Positions 51,374-61,235 of a DNA stretch of 64,000 bases are shown here, one piece after another. The notes below the pieces were generated by a model. That model did no database searches, was not told the DNA's origin, and saw only the letters and a list, made by a program, of their open reading frames with translations. Source of the stretch: Nitrospirota bacterium (GTDB lineage: Bacteria > Nitrospirota > Thermodesulfovibrionia > Thermodesulfovibrionales > Dissulfurispiraceae); assembly GCA_040758355.1 (NCBI GenBank), contig JBFLWF010000006.1:45157-109156 (forward strand), written 5' to 3'. The position numbers and the translations under genes are program-made. The stretch's first letter is position 1, and every line of letters starts with the position of its first letter.

Positions 51374-53046
51374 AAAGGCTTTTAATTGCATTTGCTGTTT
51401 TTGCAACCCTTCTTTCTTGTTCCAACCAGAGCAACCCGTCTGATTCTAATGCCACTAATAAGCCTCAATATCCCCCGCAGAACTTTAATGCCTCTCCGAT
51501 AATCCTGTCTATTCTTCCTGTTGAAAGTGCGGGTGCAATGTACGAGAGGTTTGTCCCTTTAAAGTATTACCTCGAGAATGTTCTGAAAAGACCGGTAATT
51601 ATCAAGGTTGCAAAGGATTATGAAACAGCCATCCATGAGATAGGAAACGGTCAGGTGCATATGGCGTGTCTCGACCCTGCCACATATTGCGAGGTCAGGG
51701 CACGATATAAAAACAGAGTAGTTCCCCTCGTCAGGCCTGTGGGTAAAGAGGGCGCTACATCCCGGAGCGTACTGGTTGTAAAGGATAATAGCGGGATAGA
51801 GAAGGTAGCGGATGTAAAAGGCAAGAGACTTGCCCTCGGCAATAAACAGTCGTCATTCAGCTATCTGATACCCCTTGCAATGTTGAATGACGTGAGCCTG
51901 AAGGTAAAGGATTTCAGCGATGTTGATTTCCTCCAGCAGGAAGACAGGGTTGCCCTTTCTGTGCTCATAGGGGATTATGACGTGGGAGCCATGAGCGAGC
52001 CGGTGGCAAGGAAATATACTAAAGACGGGCTTAAAATAATAAAAACCTCAGAGGCAATATCCTCCTTTGTCCTATGCGCATCAAATATGCTTTCGGAGGA
52101 AGTGAGGAGGGATATAATCAAAGGCCTTGTCTCATTAAAGGACAGAGAGACCCTTGCATCTGTGGACAGAGACATACAGGGGTTTGCTGCTGCTGAAGAC
52201 AGGGATTTCGATGTTGTCAGGGTGATGATCAAAAACCTTACAGGGAGGGATTACATAGAGTATGGGCACAAAACAATAAAGGTTGCCATACTTCCCCTTT
52301 ATTCAGCCATAACCCTTTATGACCGGTATGAGCCTTTAATGAAATACCTGTCTCAAAAAACAGGTTACGAATTCAAGCTTGTAATACCCAGGGACTTCGA
52401 AGATTTCATGCAGGTGGTTAAAAGCGGGAAGGTGGATTTTTCCTACCAGAACCCGTATATCTTTGCATTGATCGACAGGGAGGTTGACATAAAGCCTTTA
52501 GTTACAACAATCGGCGAGGACAGCCCTTCTTATCTTTCTGTTGGGGGGTCGAAGGAGGACGGCGACAGGTTCAGGGGCGTTATCATAACGAGGCAGGACA
52601 GCGCAATCAGGGATATAAGGGACTTGAGAAATAAAAGGGTTCTCATAACATCGCCCAAATCGGCAGGCGGTTATCTTTCGCAGAGGTTATTCCTCATGCA
52701 ACTTGGCATAGACACGGAAAGGGACATGAAGATCATGGATGCAAAAAGACAGGAGAATGTAATTCTCGGTGTTTACCGTGGAGAGGCTGATGCAGGCTTT
52801 GTTCGGGAGGCGGCCCTTGTGGTATGGAAGGACGCAGTCGATATGAAAAAGATAAGGATACTTGCGAGGACAAAGCCGCTTCCAAACTGGCCCTTTGCAT
52901 TGTGCAGAAATGTACATCCACCCCTTGTTAGCGAAGTCCGGCGTCTTTTAGTTGAGCTGGATGATAAAGCGATACTGAAGGCTGCAAAGATAAAGGGTTT
53001 TAAAACAGCCAATGAGGCGGAATTCGAAGCCCTCAAGCAGTATTGA
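51370..53046 (+). CDS. Lipoprotein with tandem PhnD/phosphonate-binding-like domains
   Basis: LLSC lipobox; two homologous periplasmic binding repeats; no ABC permease nearby. Confidence 0.8.
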   Translation: MKRLLIAFAVFATLLSCSNQSNPSDSNATNKPQYPPQNFNASPIILSILPVESAGAMYERFVPLKYYLENVLKRPVIIKVAKDYETAIHEIGNGQVHMACLDPATYCEVRARYKNRVVPLVRPVGKEGATSRSVLVVKDNSGIEKVADVKGKRLALGNKQSSFSYLIPLAMLNDVSLKVKDFSDVDFLQQEDRVALSVLIGDYDVGAMSEPVARKYTKDGLKIIKTSEAISSFVLCASNMLSEEVRRDIIKGLVSLKDRETLASVDRDIQGFAAAEDRDFDVVRVMIKNLTGRDYIEYGHKTIKVAILPLYSAITLYDRYEPLMKYLSQKTGYEFKLVIPRDFEDFMQVVKSGKVDFSYQNPYIFALIDREVDIKPLVTTIGEDSPSYLSVGGSKEDGDRFRGVIITRQDSAIRDIRDLRNKRVLITSPKSAGGYLSQRLFLMQLGIDTERDMKIMDAKRQENVILGVYRGEADAGFVREAALVVWKDAVDMKKIRILARTKPLPNWPFALCRNVHPPLVSEVRRLLVELDDKAILKAAKIKGFKTANEAEFEALKQY

Positions 53047-53048
53047 TT

Positions 53049-54671
53049 ATGAAAGCGAATATTAAGGGAATATTAAGGAAACTTAGCCTTGTCCAGAAAT
53101 TCTCCGTGGCTGTTATTTTCCTTATCTTTATCATCATGGTCGTGGTGAATACCCTCATTATTACCCATCAGAGAAGTGCATTGAGAACAGAGATGGATAA
53201 TAACCACCTTGTGGTCGTCAGGAACCTTGCAAAGGATGCTGTCGAGCCTTTGATATTCAAAGATCCCCTGAGACTGGATGAGATGGTGAGGATCACTGCC
53301 CATGCGCCGGGATGCATGTACGTGAGCATAGTTGACCACAATGAAAGGATTGTTGCCAACACAAACAGAAAACTGCTCGGGCAGACCCTGCCGGCAGACA
53401 TCCGTAAATATACGGATCTCGTCATAAACAGGGGGAAAGAATATATACGCGATATTTCAGAAGATGACGTAAAGGAGATATTGATCCCTGTTAAGGCCGG
53501 GTACGAGGTGGTGGGAATGGTGTTTGTCGGTTTTTCGAAGGAAAGCACCGAAGGGGTAATCGAGCATAACTTGAAGGGGCTTAAAAACCACATTCTCTTA
53601 ATCTCGGGCATTGTTATGGTCATAGGCATATGGGGTTCATTCGGTCTTGCAAGGCTTCTCACAACGCCCATGAAAAAACTGAAGGAGAAAATGGAACTCG
53701 TGCAGGCAGGAAATCTTGATGCGGAAGTCCCGAATGATTATCTTCTGAACTGCTGGGAAGTCCTGGATTGCGAGGCAAAGGAATGTCCTGCATATGGCAA
53801 AAAGAGGTGCTGGACCGTATCCGGTACCATGTGTTATGGAGGGCTTCAGGGGGATGTTTTTGAGAAGATCTGCGATTGCAAGAACTGCATAGTTTATAAA
53901 GAGTCATGCGGTGACGAGATTGGAGAGCTCATAGAGGTCTTCAACCAGATGATAAAGAAACTTAAAGACAGTATTGAAGAGTTGGAGGAGACCGGTAAGG
54001 AAAAGACCCGCCTTGAAAAGCTCTCTGCACTCGGCGAGATGTCCATGACAGTTGCCCATGAGATTAAGAATCCGCTGAATGCCATTCGAGGCGCTGTGTC
54101 ATACCTCCAGAATAATTTTAAAGGAGAGGTCTTAAAGGAGTTCCTTTCTATCATAGAAGAGGAGACCAAAAGACTGAACGAGATTGTGACGAGCTTTTTG
54201 AGGTTTTCAAAACCCGCACCCCTGCATTTAGAGGTCTCTGATATGAACAAGGTGATCAGGGAGACAGTGGAGCTCGTCAGGCAGGAGGCAACAGAAAATA
54301 ACGTGGAGGTCATAATGTCACTCGATGAAAGAATCCCTCCCTTTAAATTCGATACGCAGCAGCTTAAGCAGGCGCTCCTTAACATAATCGTTAACTCTCT
54401 CGATGCCACAAAGGCAGGGGATACCATAAAAATCAACACGGAAATCTTTGACTCAAAGGTGCTTGTCGTGATAAAAGATACAGGGATGGGCATAAGCGAG
54501 GAGATAGTTTCCGAAATATTCAAGCCATTTTTCAGCACAAAGACACGCGGTTCAGGGCTCGGCCTTGCCTGTGTCGAAAGGATCGTGAAAGACCATAAAG
54601 GGGATATCTCTGTAAAGAGCGAAATTGGCAAGGGTACGGAATTCATAATAACCCTGCCGGTATGGAATTAA
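53049..54671 (+). CDS. Membrane sensor histidine kinase with a Cys-rich insert in HAMP
   Basis: Two TMs, VAHEIKNPL, GSGLGL; CW...CW Cys-rich segment. Confidence 0.9.
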   Translation: MKANIKGILRKLSLVQKFSVAVIFLIFIIMVVVNTLIITHQRSALRTEMDNNHLVVVRNLAKDAVEPLIFKDPLRLDEMVRITAHAPGCMYVSIVDHNERIVANTNRKLLGQTLPADIRKYTDLVINRGKEYIRDISEDDVKEILIPVKAGYEVVGMVFVGFSKESTEGVIEHNLKGLKNHILLISGIVMVIGIWGSFGLARLLTTPMKKLKEKMELVQAGNLDAEVPNDYLLNCWEVLDCEAKECPAYGKKRCWTVSGTMCYGGLQGDVFEKICDCKNCIVYKESCGDEIGELIEVFNQMIKKLKDSIEELEETGKEKTRLEKLSALGEMSMTVAHEIKNPLNAIRGAVSYLQNNFKGEVLKEFLSIIEEETKRLNEIVTSFLRFSKPAPLHLEVSDMNKVIRETVELVRQEATENNVEVIMSLDERIPPFKFDTQQLKQALLNIIVNSLDATKAGDTIKINTEIFDSKVLVVIKDTGMGISEEIVSEIFKPFFSTKTRGSGLGLACVERIVKDHKGDISVKSEIGKGTEFIITLPVWN

Positions 54672-54674
54672 CAA

Positions 54675-56033
54675 ATGAACAATAATAAAGGGAAAATACT
54701 GCTCGTGGATGATGAGGCCAATACCCTGAAGGTGTTGTCCGCCATCCTTAAAAAGAGCGGCTATGACGTGTATACATCGAGGACAGCCGAAGAGGCAATG
54801 GACAGGGTTTCAAGGCTTAACCTCGATACGGTTATTACGGATTACAGGCTTCCGGGAATGAGCGGGGCGGAATTGTTGGATGCCATGAAGGAAAAGGGCT
54901 ATCGCATTCCCGTGGTAATGCTCACAGCATACGGCACCATAGAAAAGGCTGTGGATGCTATGAGAAGGGGCGCCTTCAATTATCTTACAAAGCCTGTAAA
55001 TCCAGACGAACTTCTTACGGTTGCAAGGGAGGCCGTGGAAAAGCACAGGTTGATGCTGGAAAACATATCGTTGAAATCACAATTAAAGGAGCGTAATAGC
55101 TTTAAGAATATAATCGGCAAAAGCCATGTTATGCAGGACATCTTTAATCTTATAGAAACGGTCTCAAAAAGCAACTCCAATGTCATGATAATAGGTGAAA
55201 GCGGAACAGGCAAAGAGCTTGTTGCACGGGCTATTCATTATGAGTCTTTACGGGCAAACGGCTCCTTTATTCCCATCGACTGTGCTGCACTGCCGGAAGA
55301 GCTCCTTGAAAGCGAGCTTTTCGGACATGAAAAGGGTTCATTCACAGGCGCATATGAACAGAAGACGGGGCAGATAGAACTCGCCAACGGCGGCACGGTT
55401 TTCCTCGATGAGATAGGCGAGCTTTCCCTGAACATCCAGAAAAAGTTTTTAAGATTTCTCCAGGAAAGAGAGATACTGAGGGTCGGCGGAAAGCACAGGA
55501 TAAAGGTGGATGTGAGGATTATTGCTGCAACTAACCGCGACCTCGAATCAGAAATAAAAAGAGGGAACTTCAGGGAAGACCTTTTTTACAGGCTCAATGT
55601 CGTCACCATACATGTCCCGCCTTTAAGGGAGAGAAAGGAGGATATGCCATTGCTTGCCGGCCATTTCCTGAATAAATTCAATAAAGCAAACAACAGGGCG
55701 ATAAGTTCGCTGGACAGCGAGGTTATGAGGGCTTTTATGGATTATGACTGGCCCGGCAATGTAAGGGAACTCGAAAATGTCATAGAGCGTGCGGTTGTTT
55801 TATGCCCAACCGATGTTATCACAATGAAATATCTTCCGAAGTCGATCCGAGAAATGCATAGCGTGGATAAAGGTGCTTCAGAGGCTCTCAATCTCGTAGA
55901 GACAGAGAAGAAGCTGCTCCTCGGCGCTCTTGAAAGGACATCGTGGAATCAGACAAAGGCTGCCGAGATCCTCGGGATATCGAGGAAGCAGCTAAGGACA
56001 AAGATGAAGCATCACGGCCTTCTTCCGGAATAA
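54675..56033 (+). CDS. NtrC-family sigma54-dependent response regulator
   Basis: REC, GESGTGKE, GSFTGA, WPGNVREL, Fis HTH. Confidence 0.93.
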   Translation: MNNNKGKILLVDDEANTLKVLSAILKKSGYDVYTSRTAEEAMDRVSRLNLDTVITDYRLPGMSGAELLDAMKEKGYRIPVVMLTAYGTIEKAVDAMRRGAFNYLTKPVNPDELLTVAREAVEKHRLMLENISLKSQLKERNSFKNIIGKSHVMQDIFNLIETVSKSNSNVMIIGESGTGKELVARAIHYESLRANGSFIPIDCAALPEELLESELFGHEKGSFTGAYEQKTGQIELANGGTVFLDEIGELSLNIQKKFLRFLQEREILRVGGKHRIKVDVRIIAATNRDLESEIKRGNFREDLFYRLNVVTIHVPPLRERKEDMPLLAGHFLNKFNKANNRAISSLDSEVMRAFMDYDWPGNVRELENVIERAVVLCPTDVITMKYLPKSIREMHSVDKGASEALNLVETEKKLLLGALERTSWNQTKAAEILGISRKQLRTKMKHHGLLPE

Positions 56034-56107
56034 AATTTAACCGAGACCCATCCTTATCGCTGGCTTGGTTTTACTTTAACCTCTTGCCTGTCGCCCGTTT
56101 TTCCAAT

Positions 56108-56155
56108 CGTCCCATTTGGAACAGTGTTTTTAAGCGCTTTGTCCCGTGAGGGCAA
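56108..56155. promoter_or_regulatory. Pair of candidate enhancer sites (TGTCCC-N4-GGGACA-like)
   Basis: CGTCCCATTTGGAACA and TGTCCCGTGAGGGCAA, 32 bp apart; similar pair at 58592/58623. Confidence 0.6.
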
Positions 56156-56253
56156 ATACACCGATTAATCAAGCTCGAAATTTTTGCACTAAGTACTTTA
56201 TTTGCAAGCAATGATAAGCATATCTGTTCCCATGCGCATGAGATGGTGCAGGC

Positions 56254-56269
56254 TGGCAAGCTTATTGCT
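56254..56269 (+). promoter_or_regulatory. sigma54 promoter
   Basis: TGGCAAGCTTATTGCT; predicted +1 near 56280. Confidence 0.8.
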
Positions 56270-56294
56270 ATTTGGCATAATCGGTAAAGAAACT

Positions 56295-56472
56295 TGCAAA
56301 AGAAAAGCAGGCATGGGTGAGAAGCCTTTATCAGCGATACCTCAGAGCCGAGCCCTCCCGCTGTTTAAGGGCAACTTCAGTATCACCTGTTGCAATCAGC
56401 AGAGAAACAGGCAGCAAAATAATTTCATCGCATTGATAAAGGCTTTGAAGCCGTGCCTGCTTTTCTTTTGCA
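56295..56472 (+). ncRNA. Putative rod-shaped structured RNA, copy 2
   Basis: Closing stem tgcaaaagaaaagcaggcatgg / ccgtgcctgcttttcttttgca, GA/AG, gaagcctttatca / tgataaaggcttt. Confidence 0.7.
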
Positions 56473-56486
56473 TTTGGGAGGTTAAT

Positions 56487-56921
56487 ATGAACGCAATTGC
56501 AGTAGAATCTACAATCACGGATGTTGCGGAGCCGCATGGGGAGAGAAAGGCGCTTGTAGTCGATGATTTTTCAAATATGAGAGGCATTATAAAACGCCTC
56601 CTGAGGCAGGTTGGCTTTGAAAATATAGACGAAGCTGAAGACGGGGTACATGCCCTCGATATGCTTAAGAGCGGACAGGGATATTGCCTCATAATCTCCG
56701 ATTGGATTATGCCTAATATGGGTGGAATAGAACTTCTGGAAAAAGTAAGACAAGACCCTGAACTGAAAGCCATACCTTTTATCATAATGACTGAAGCGGC
56801 AGACAGAAAGAAAATAATGGAAGCCATAAGGGCCGGGGCAGATAACTATGTGATAAAACCATTTACCCTTGAAGCCATGAAATGGAGCATGAAAAAGATA
56901 GCGGAGAGAAAGAAATTATAA
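56487..56921 (+). CDS. CheY-like response regulator
   Basis: [32 protein letters not shown] before ATG 56487. Confidence 0.88.
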   Translation: MNAIAVESTITDVAEPHGERKALVVDDFSNMRGIIKRLLRQVGFENIDEAEDGVHALDMLKSGQGYCLIISDWIMPNMGGIELLEKVRQDPELKAIPFIIMTEAADRKKIMEAIRAGADNYVIKPFTLEAMKWSMKKIAERKKL

Positions 56922-56979
56922 GGCAAACGGTATTATCCCGGTATTGATTGTAAAAATAAATTATGTGGGGAGAGAGAGT

Positions 56980-58572
56980 ATGAATATCAAAAGATTATTA
57001 TTTATTGTGGGCATTGCCAATGCTGTTGTTCTTGGCATTATCCTTGCACTATTTACCGTCCATAACGGAAAGGTGAAGGCAAGGACAGAGAAGATGATAA
57101 ACATTGACCAGACCCTGCTTTTGAATCTAAACGATATGTATGCCCAGGGCCTGCAGACAGGACAGGCAACAAGGAATGTCCTGATTAATCCAAAGGACGA
57201 AAAGGCAAAGGAAAATTATAAGAAGGCACATGAAGATTTCATTAAGGCAAATGACGAGGCCATTAAGCTGTCTGCCGGGAAGATGCAGGAGGAGTTAAAA
57301 AGGATTAAAGCCCTGTGGGATGAAGATCATAAACTTAAAACAGAGGTGCAGGAATTTGCTGTTGCAGGCAAAAGAGATGATGCAATAGCCGTGCTGACAC
57401 AGAAGGAGACCCCGAAGTGGAGAGATGTGAGAAGTTCCTTGCTCGAAATGATGAAGGAGCAAAAGGGCAAATTTAAAGAGAGCCTCGAACAGGACAGAAA
57501 GGCAATGCGGAGCGGCACTACACTGCTCATAGTGATTATCCTGCTTTCGCTGATCGGATTCTCGGTATTTCTCCTTATCATAAATAAAACCATGAAGAAA
57601 AACATGGCGAATGCCCTTGAATGCTTTACTACATTGGAAAGGGGCGAATTGAAAAAGGAGTGCATGATAACCGATGAAAGCAATTTCCTGAAAGATGTCT
57701 ACAACAAGATATTGATGTCCTTGAGAGAGACAATGCTGAAGATCAGCGATGTCGCAGGAGGTGTAACGCAGGACGTCAATTCCCTTGCAGAAAGGATAAA
57801 TAATATAGATGCAGGAGCAAAGGAGCAGTTGTCACAGGTTGACCATGTTGCATCGGCCACTGCCGAGGTATCGCAGACAATCATCGACGTGGCAAAGAAC
57901 GCGTCATATGCCTCTGAGGCAGCAAAGGAGGCAACGGACATCGCAGGGAAAGGGAAGAATACCGTAAAAAAGGCAGTGGATGCCATAATAGGGATTGCAG
58001 AGTCGGTAAAAGAGTCGTCGCATACGATAGAAGAACTTGGCAAGAGTTCACAGGAAATCGGAGAGATAGTGGCAGTAATAAATGACATAGCAGACCAGAC
58101 AAACCTCCTTGCATTGAATGCAGCAATAGAGGCGGCCCGTGCAGGAGAGCAGGGGAGAGGGTTTGCTGTTGTTGCAGATGAGGTCAGAAAGCTTGCGGAA
58201 AGGACATCAAAGGCAACCGGCGAGATAGCGGAAAAGATAAAGGCTATACAGATAAAATCGGAGGCATCTGTTGAGGCAATGGAGAGAAGCAGTAAAGATG
58301 CAACGGGAGGCGTAACACTTGCCGATGAGGCTGTGAAGGCGCTTAATGAGATAGTTATAGCAACACAGAAGGCAATGGACATGATACAGAGGATTGCAGC
58401 AGCAACCGAGGAGCAGTCATCTGCATCAGAGGAAATCGCTCACAACATGGAAAACATAACAGGGCTTGTGAACAAAACCGTCAGCATGATCGAAGATGCA
58501 AGGCAGATTATGGATAGACTTAACTCTCAGGCAAAGGAATTAGACCAGAGCATAAGCTGGTTTAAAGTTTAA
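56980..58572 (+). CDS. Methyl-accepting chemotaxis protein
   Basis: Two TMs; [40 protein letters not shown]. Confidence 0.95.
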   Translation: MNIKRLLFIVGIANAVVLGIILALFTVHNGKVKARTEKMINIDQTLLLNLNDMYAQGLQTGQATRNVLINPKDEKAKENYKKAHEDFIKANDEAIKLSAGKMQEELKRIKALWDEDHKLKTEVQEFAVAGKRDDAIAVLTQKETPKWRDVRSSLLEMMKEQKGKFKESLEQDRKAMRSGTTLLIVIILLSLIGFSVFLLIINKTMKKNMANALECFTTLERGELKKECMITDESNFLKDVYNKILMSLRETMLKISDVAGGVTQDVNSLAERINNIDAGAKEQLSQVDHVASATAEVSQTIIDVAKNASYASEAAKEATDIAGKGKNTVKKAVDAIIGIAESVKESSHTIEELGKSSQEIGEIVAVINDIADQTNLLALNAAIEAARAGEQGRGFAVVADEVRKLAERTSKATGEIAEKIKAIQIKSEASVEAMERSSKDATGGVTLADEAVKALNEIVIATQKAMDMIQRIAAATEEQSSASEEIAHNMENITGLVNKTVSMIEDARQIMDRLNSQAKELDQSISWFKV

Positions 58573-58588
58573 TAAGCACCCTTTCCAT

Positions 58589-58641
58589 ATCTGTCCCATT
58601 TAGGCCAACTCATTAACTGGGTTGGCCTAAATGGGACAGAT
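58589..58641. promoter_or_regulatory. Perfect 21-bp-arm inverted repeat (paired enhancer sites and/or terminator)
   Basis: atctgtcccatttaggccaac-N11-gttggcctaaatgggacagat. Confidence 0.7.
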
Positions 58642-58714
58642 TGTAAACAGGCTTAACTTCGAGGATTTCATCAAAATCTTTCTTTCACAGTATTTTTACA
58701 GATTTCCAATGCAA

Positions 58715-58730
58715 TGGTATGGTTATTGCT
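58715..58730 (+). promoter_or_regulatory. sigma54 promoter
   Basis: TGGTATGGTTATTGCT. Confidence 0.75.
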
Positions 58731-58789
58731 CTATACTTTATCGGACAGGGTAGAGAGCAACTTTTTATCAGACAAAAAGGGGGTGTTGT

Positions 58790-59206
58790 ATGAAGAAGAT
58801 TTTGGCGGCGCATGATGGCTCTGACGCTGCAGACAGGGCATTATTGGAGGCAGCAGCCATCGCACAGAAGTTCGGGTCTAAACTAACCGTTATTTCGGTA
58901 GTTCCAAATCTTTGCTTTTCAGAGATAGGGACAGACTGCGACACGGTAACCAAACTTTACAGGGCCGAGGTTGAAGGGGCAATGGAAGGGGTTCAGACAT
59001 TGCTCAAGGAAAAGGGGATCGAGGCTGAGACCATTGTCCTCGAAGGAAGTCCGGCAGACGTGATTGTTGACCATGCAAAGGGTATGGGTATGGGCCTGAT
59101 AGTAGTCGGTTCAACAGGGAAACAGGCAACCGAAAGGACGATCCTCGGGAGTGTGTCTTCAAAGGTTGTCGCTAACGCACCGTGTTCGGTGCTGGTCGTT
59201 AGATAA
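58790..59206 (+). CDS. Universal stress protein
   Basis: ILAAHDGS, IVVGSTG...LGSVS...APCSVLVV. Confidence 0.92.
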   Translation: MKKILAAHDGSDAADRALLEAAAIAQKFGSKLTVISVVPNLCFSEIGTDCDTVTKLYRAEVEGAMEGVQTLLKEKGIEAETIVLEGSPADVIVDHAKGMGMGLIVVGSTGKQATERTILGSVSSKVVANAPCSVLVVR

Positions 59207-59220
59207 GAATGGAGGGATTT

Positions 59221-60510
59221 ATGAAGCGTTTCTGGGTATCGATGATAATTGCATTAAGTGCGACTGTATTTATGTTTTATCAGAATGGCGCCTTTGCTGA
59301 AAAGCCGAAAGAGACAAAGGCTCCTGTTGCAAAAGAGGAAAAGAAGCCAGAGGCAAAGACAGAGCAGAAGCAGGAGATAAAATTGGACATGTCTGCTGCA
59401 CCGACCATTCAGGCAGATAAGACCTCGCTGAACAATGGCGGGACTATTACTGTTACAGGCACTGCCCCTGCAGGAAAGCCTGTCTATCTTGAGGTCTGGG
59501 CTGAAAAAAAGGTTCGTGCCTCAAGATTTGATGCAGATGTTGACAAAGAGACGGGCAAGAGGCCTTATATACTTTATATGACTTATGAGATGCCTGCCCA
59601 TTATAAGATCTATATCCCAAAGGATAAGAAAGAGGACCTCGAAAAAATAAAGAAAGAGGGCAAGAAATGGGCTTATTCAAAGGCCCTTAAGGATTTGGGC
59701 GCAGACATTGCCTATTCTGTCCCTGCAAAGGCAAAGATAGACAGATACCAGGCCACACTCATGGGGAGTATCATAGGTTCGAGGGGAGAATTGCAGCCTC
59801 CCATGGATGAAAAGGAAAACAAGAAGCGCTCCATGCAGCTTGTAAAGGCAAGATTTAGAAGCCCCGGCAAGGTATTGGCACCCACTGTTGAAGTTAATCC
59901 TGATGGATCGTATAAGGCTCAGGTAACGATTCCTAAAGGCTCTGCTCCTGGGAAATATACAGTTGTGGCAGTTGTGGATAAGAATGTTAAGAGCCAGCCT
60001 GTTACAATCGAAAACAGCATAAGCTTTCCAAATGTTTATCTGAGCAATGCCGGTACAAGCCTGAATCTTTTTGGTCCGTTCTTTCTCACACTGGGCATAG
60101 TTATATTCGGAGTTTTGATGGGCGCAGGCGGAGGATTCATAATGAATCCATTGCTGGTCTCCATCTGGCCGTTGCCGCATACCATAGTGGCAGGAACAGT
60201 TATGCCTACAGTTTTATTTTCACAGGCAAGCGGTATCTACAATTACTCCAAGATCAAATTCATAAGCTGGAAGCTTGGAGTCGGCATTGGTCTTGCCATG
60301 GTCGTGGGAGGCTTTATAGGCCCTAAACTCACAGAGATGATTACGCTGGAACAGTTTAAATTCGTCTTCGGATGGATACTCCTTATACTGGCAGGCCTTA
60401 TGTTCTGGCAGACAACACCGGGCTATATTGCAAAGAATAAAAAGGAGCAGGCAATCCTTAAGGAGTTCAAGAAAAAGGCAGAAGAAACTGCAAAGGCAAA
60501 ACAGGGCTAA
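59221..60510 (+). CDS. TauE/SafE (TSUP) N-half fused to a large exported domain
   Basis: Signal peptide, soluble domain, then GVLMGAGGGFIMNP and TM helices. Confidence 0.78.
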   Translation: MKRFWVSMIIALSATVFMFYQNGAFAEKPKETKAPVAKEEKKPEAKTEQKQEIKLDMSAAPTIQADKTSLNNGGTITVTGTAPAGKPVYLEVWAEKKVRASRFDADVDKETGKRPYILYMTYEMPAHYKIYIPKDKKEDLEKIKKEGKKWAYSKALKDLGADIAYSVPAKAKIDRYQATLMGSIIGSRGELQPPMDEKENKKRSMQLVKARFRSPGKVLAPTVEVNPDGSYKAQVTIPKGSAPGKYTVVAVVDKNVKSQPVTIENSISFPNVYLSNAGTSLNLFGPFFLTLGIVIFGVLMGAGGGFIMNPLLVSIWPLPHTIVAGTVMPTVLFSQASGIYNYSKIKFISWKLGVGIGLAMVVGGFIGPKLTEMITLEQFKFVFGWILLILAGLMFWQTTPGYIAKNKKEQAILKEFKKKAEETAKAKQG

Positions 60511-60543
60511 TAATAGATAGGTAATGAAATAGGAGGTATAATT

Positions 60544-60933
60544 ATGGTAGTAGAATTCTGGGGGCATGAATTTAAAGTCAATATAGTTTTAGGATGTATT
60601 GGTGGTTTTCTGATAGCAGTTGTTTCATCCATGTTCGGATTTGGCGGCGGGCCGTTCATGGTTCCATTAATGACCGTTGGATTGGGACTTCCAATGTATG
60701 TGGTTGTGGGCAGTTCCCTTCTGGCAATATTTTTCAACACGCTCATGGGAACAATGCGCCATTACCAGTTCGGGAACTTTGACCTGCTTTTCTTTTTGAT
60801 AATGTTCCCTGCTGCAATAATGGGTGGCTTTATAGCACCACAGATAGCAAAGCGTGTAAGCCCGTTGACGGTTAAAAGGGTAGCGGTTGCGGGATTGGTT
60901 TTGCTCGCACTGAACCTGTTGGGAGTGTACTAA
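60544..60933 (+). CDS. TauE/SafE (TSUP) C-half
   Basis: SSMFGFGGGPFMVP, GSSL. Confidence 0.8.
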   Translation: MVVEFWGHEFKVNIVLGCIGGFLIAVVSSMFGFGGGPFMVPLMTVGLGLPMYVVVGSSLLAIFFNTLMGTMRHYQFGNFDLLFFLIMFPAAIMGGFIAPQIAKRVSPLTVKRVAVAGLVLLALNLLGVY

Positions 60934-60950
60934 ATCAAATATGTCTATAA

Positions 60951-60987
60951 ATGCAGGGTATAGTATTTATGCTACTGTACCCTGCAT
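60951..60987 (+). terminator. Hairpin after the TauE genes
   Basis: atgcagggta...taccctgcat. Confidence 0.55.
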
Positions 60988-61006
60988 ATCGTTAAATTGA
61001 GCGATT

Positions 61007-61174
61007 ATATATGTCGGGCACGGCTCAAAGACTTTAAAAAGTGTAGGTTCAAATGTATATGAGTGATTACAAATGCATCATCCAACAAGTATCCAATGTT
61101 GTAGAATACGGATACAGGAGAAATGTCTTTACAAGTGCGGGGTTTAAAGTCTTTTCGCCGCACCTGACATATAT
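61007..61174 (-). ncRNA. Putative rod-shaped structured RNA, divergent copy 3
   Basis: Minus strand: atatatgtcaggtgcggcGAaaagactttaaa ... tttaaagtctttGAgccgtgcccgacatatat. Confidence 0.6.
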
Positions 61175-61235
61175 TTCTAAATTAGAGTCTCTCAACTTAT
61201 GTATAAGTAAATAATAGTCTTCAGGAGGATGAAAG

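Noticed and set aside
56202..56486. 95-aa N-terminal extension of the CheY-like ORF through RNA copy 2
   Set aside because: Starts upstream of the sigma54 start site, the frame is broken by an indel in copy 1, and a good RBS precedes ATG 56487
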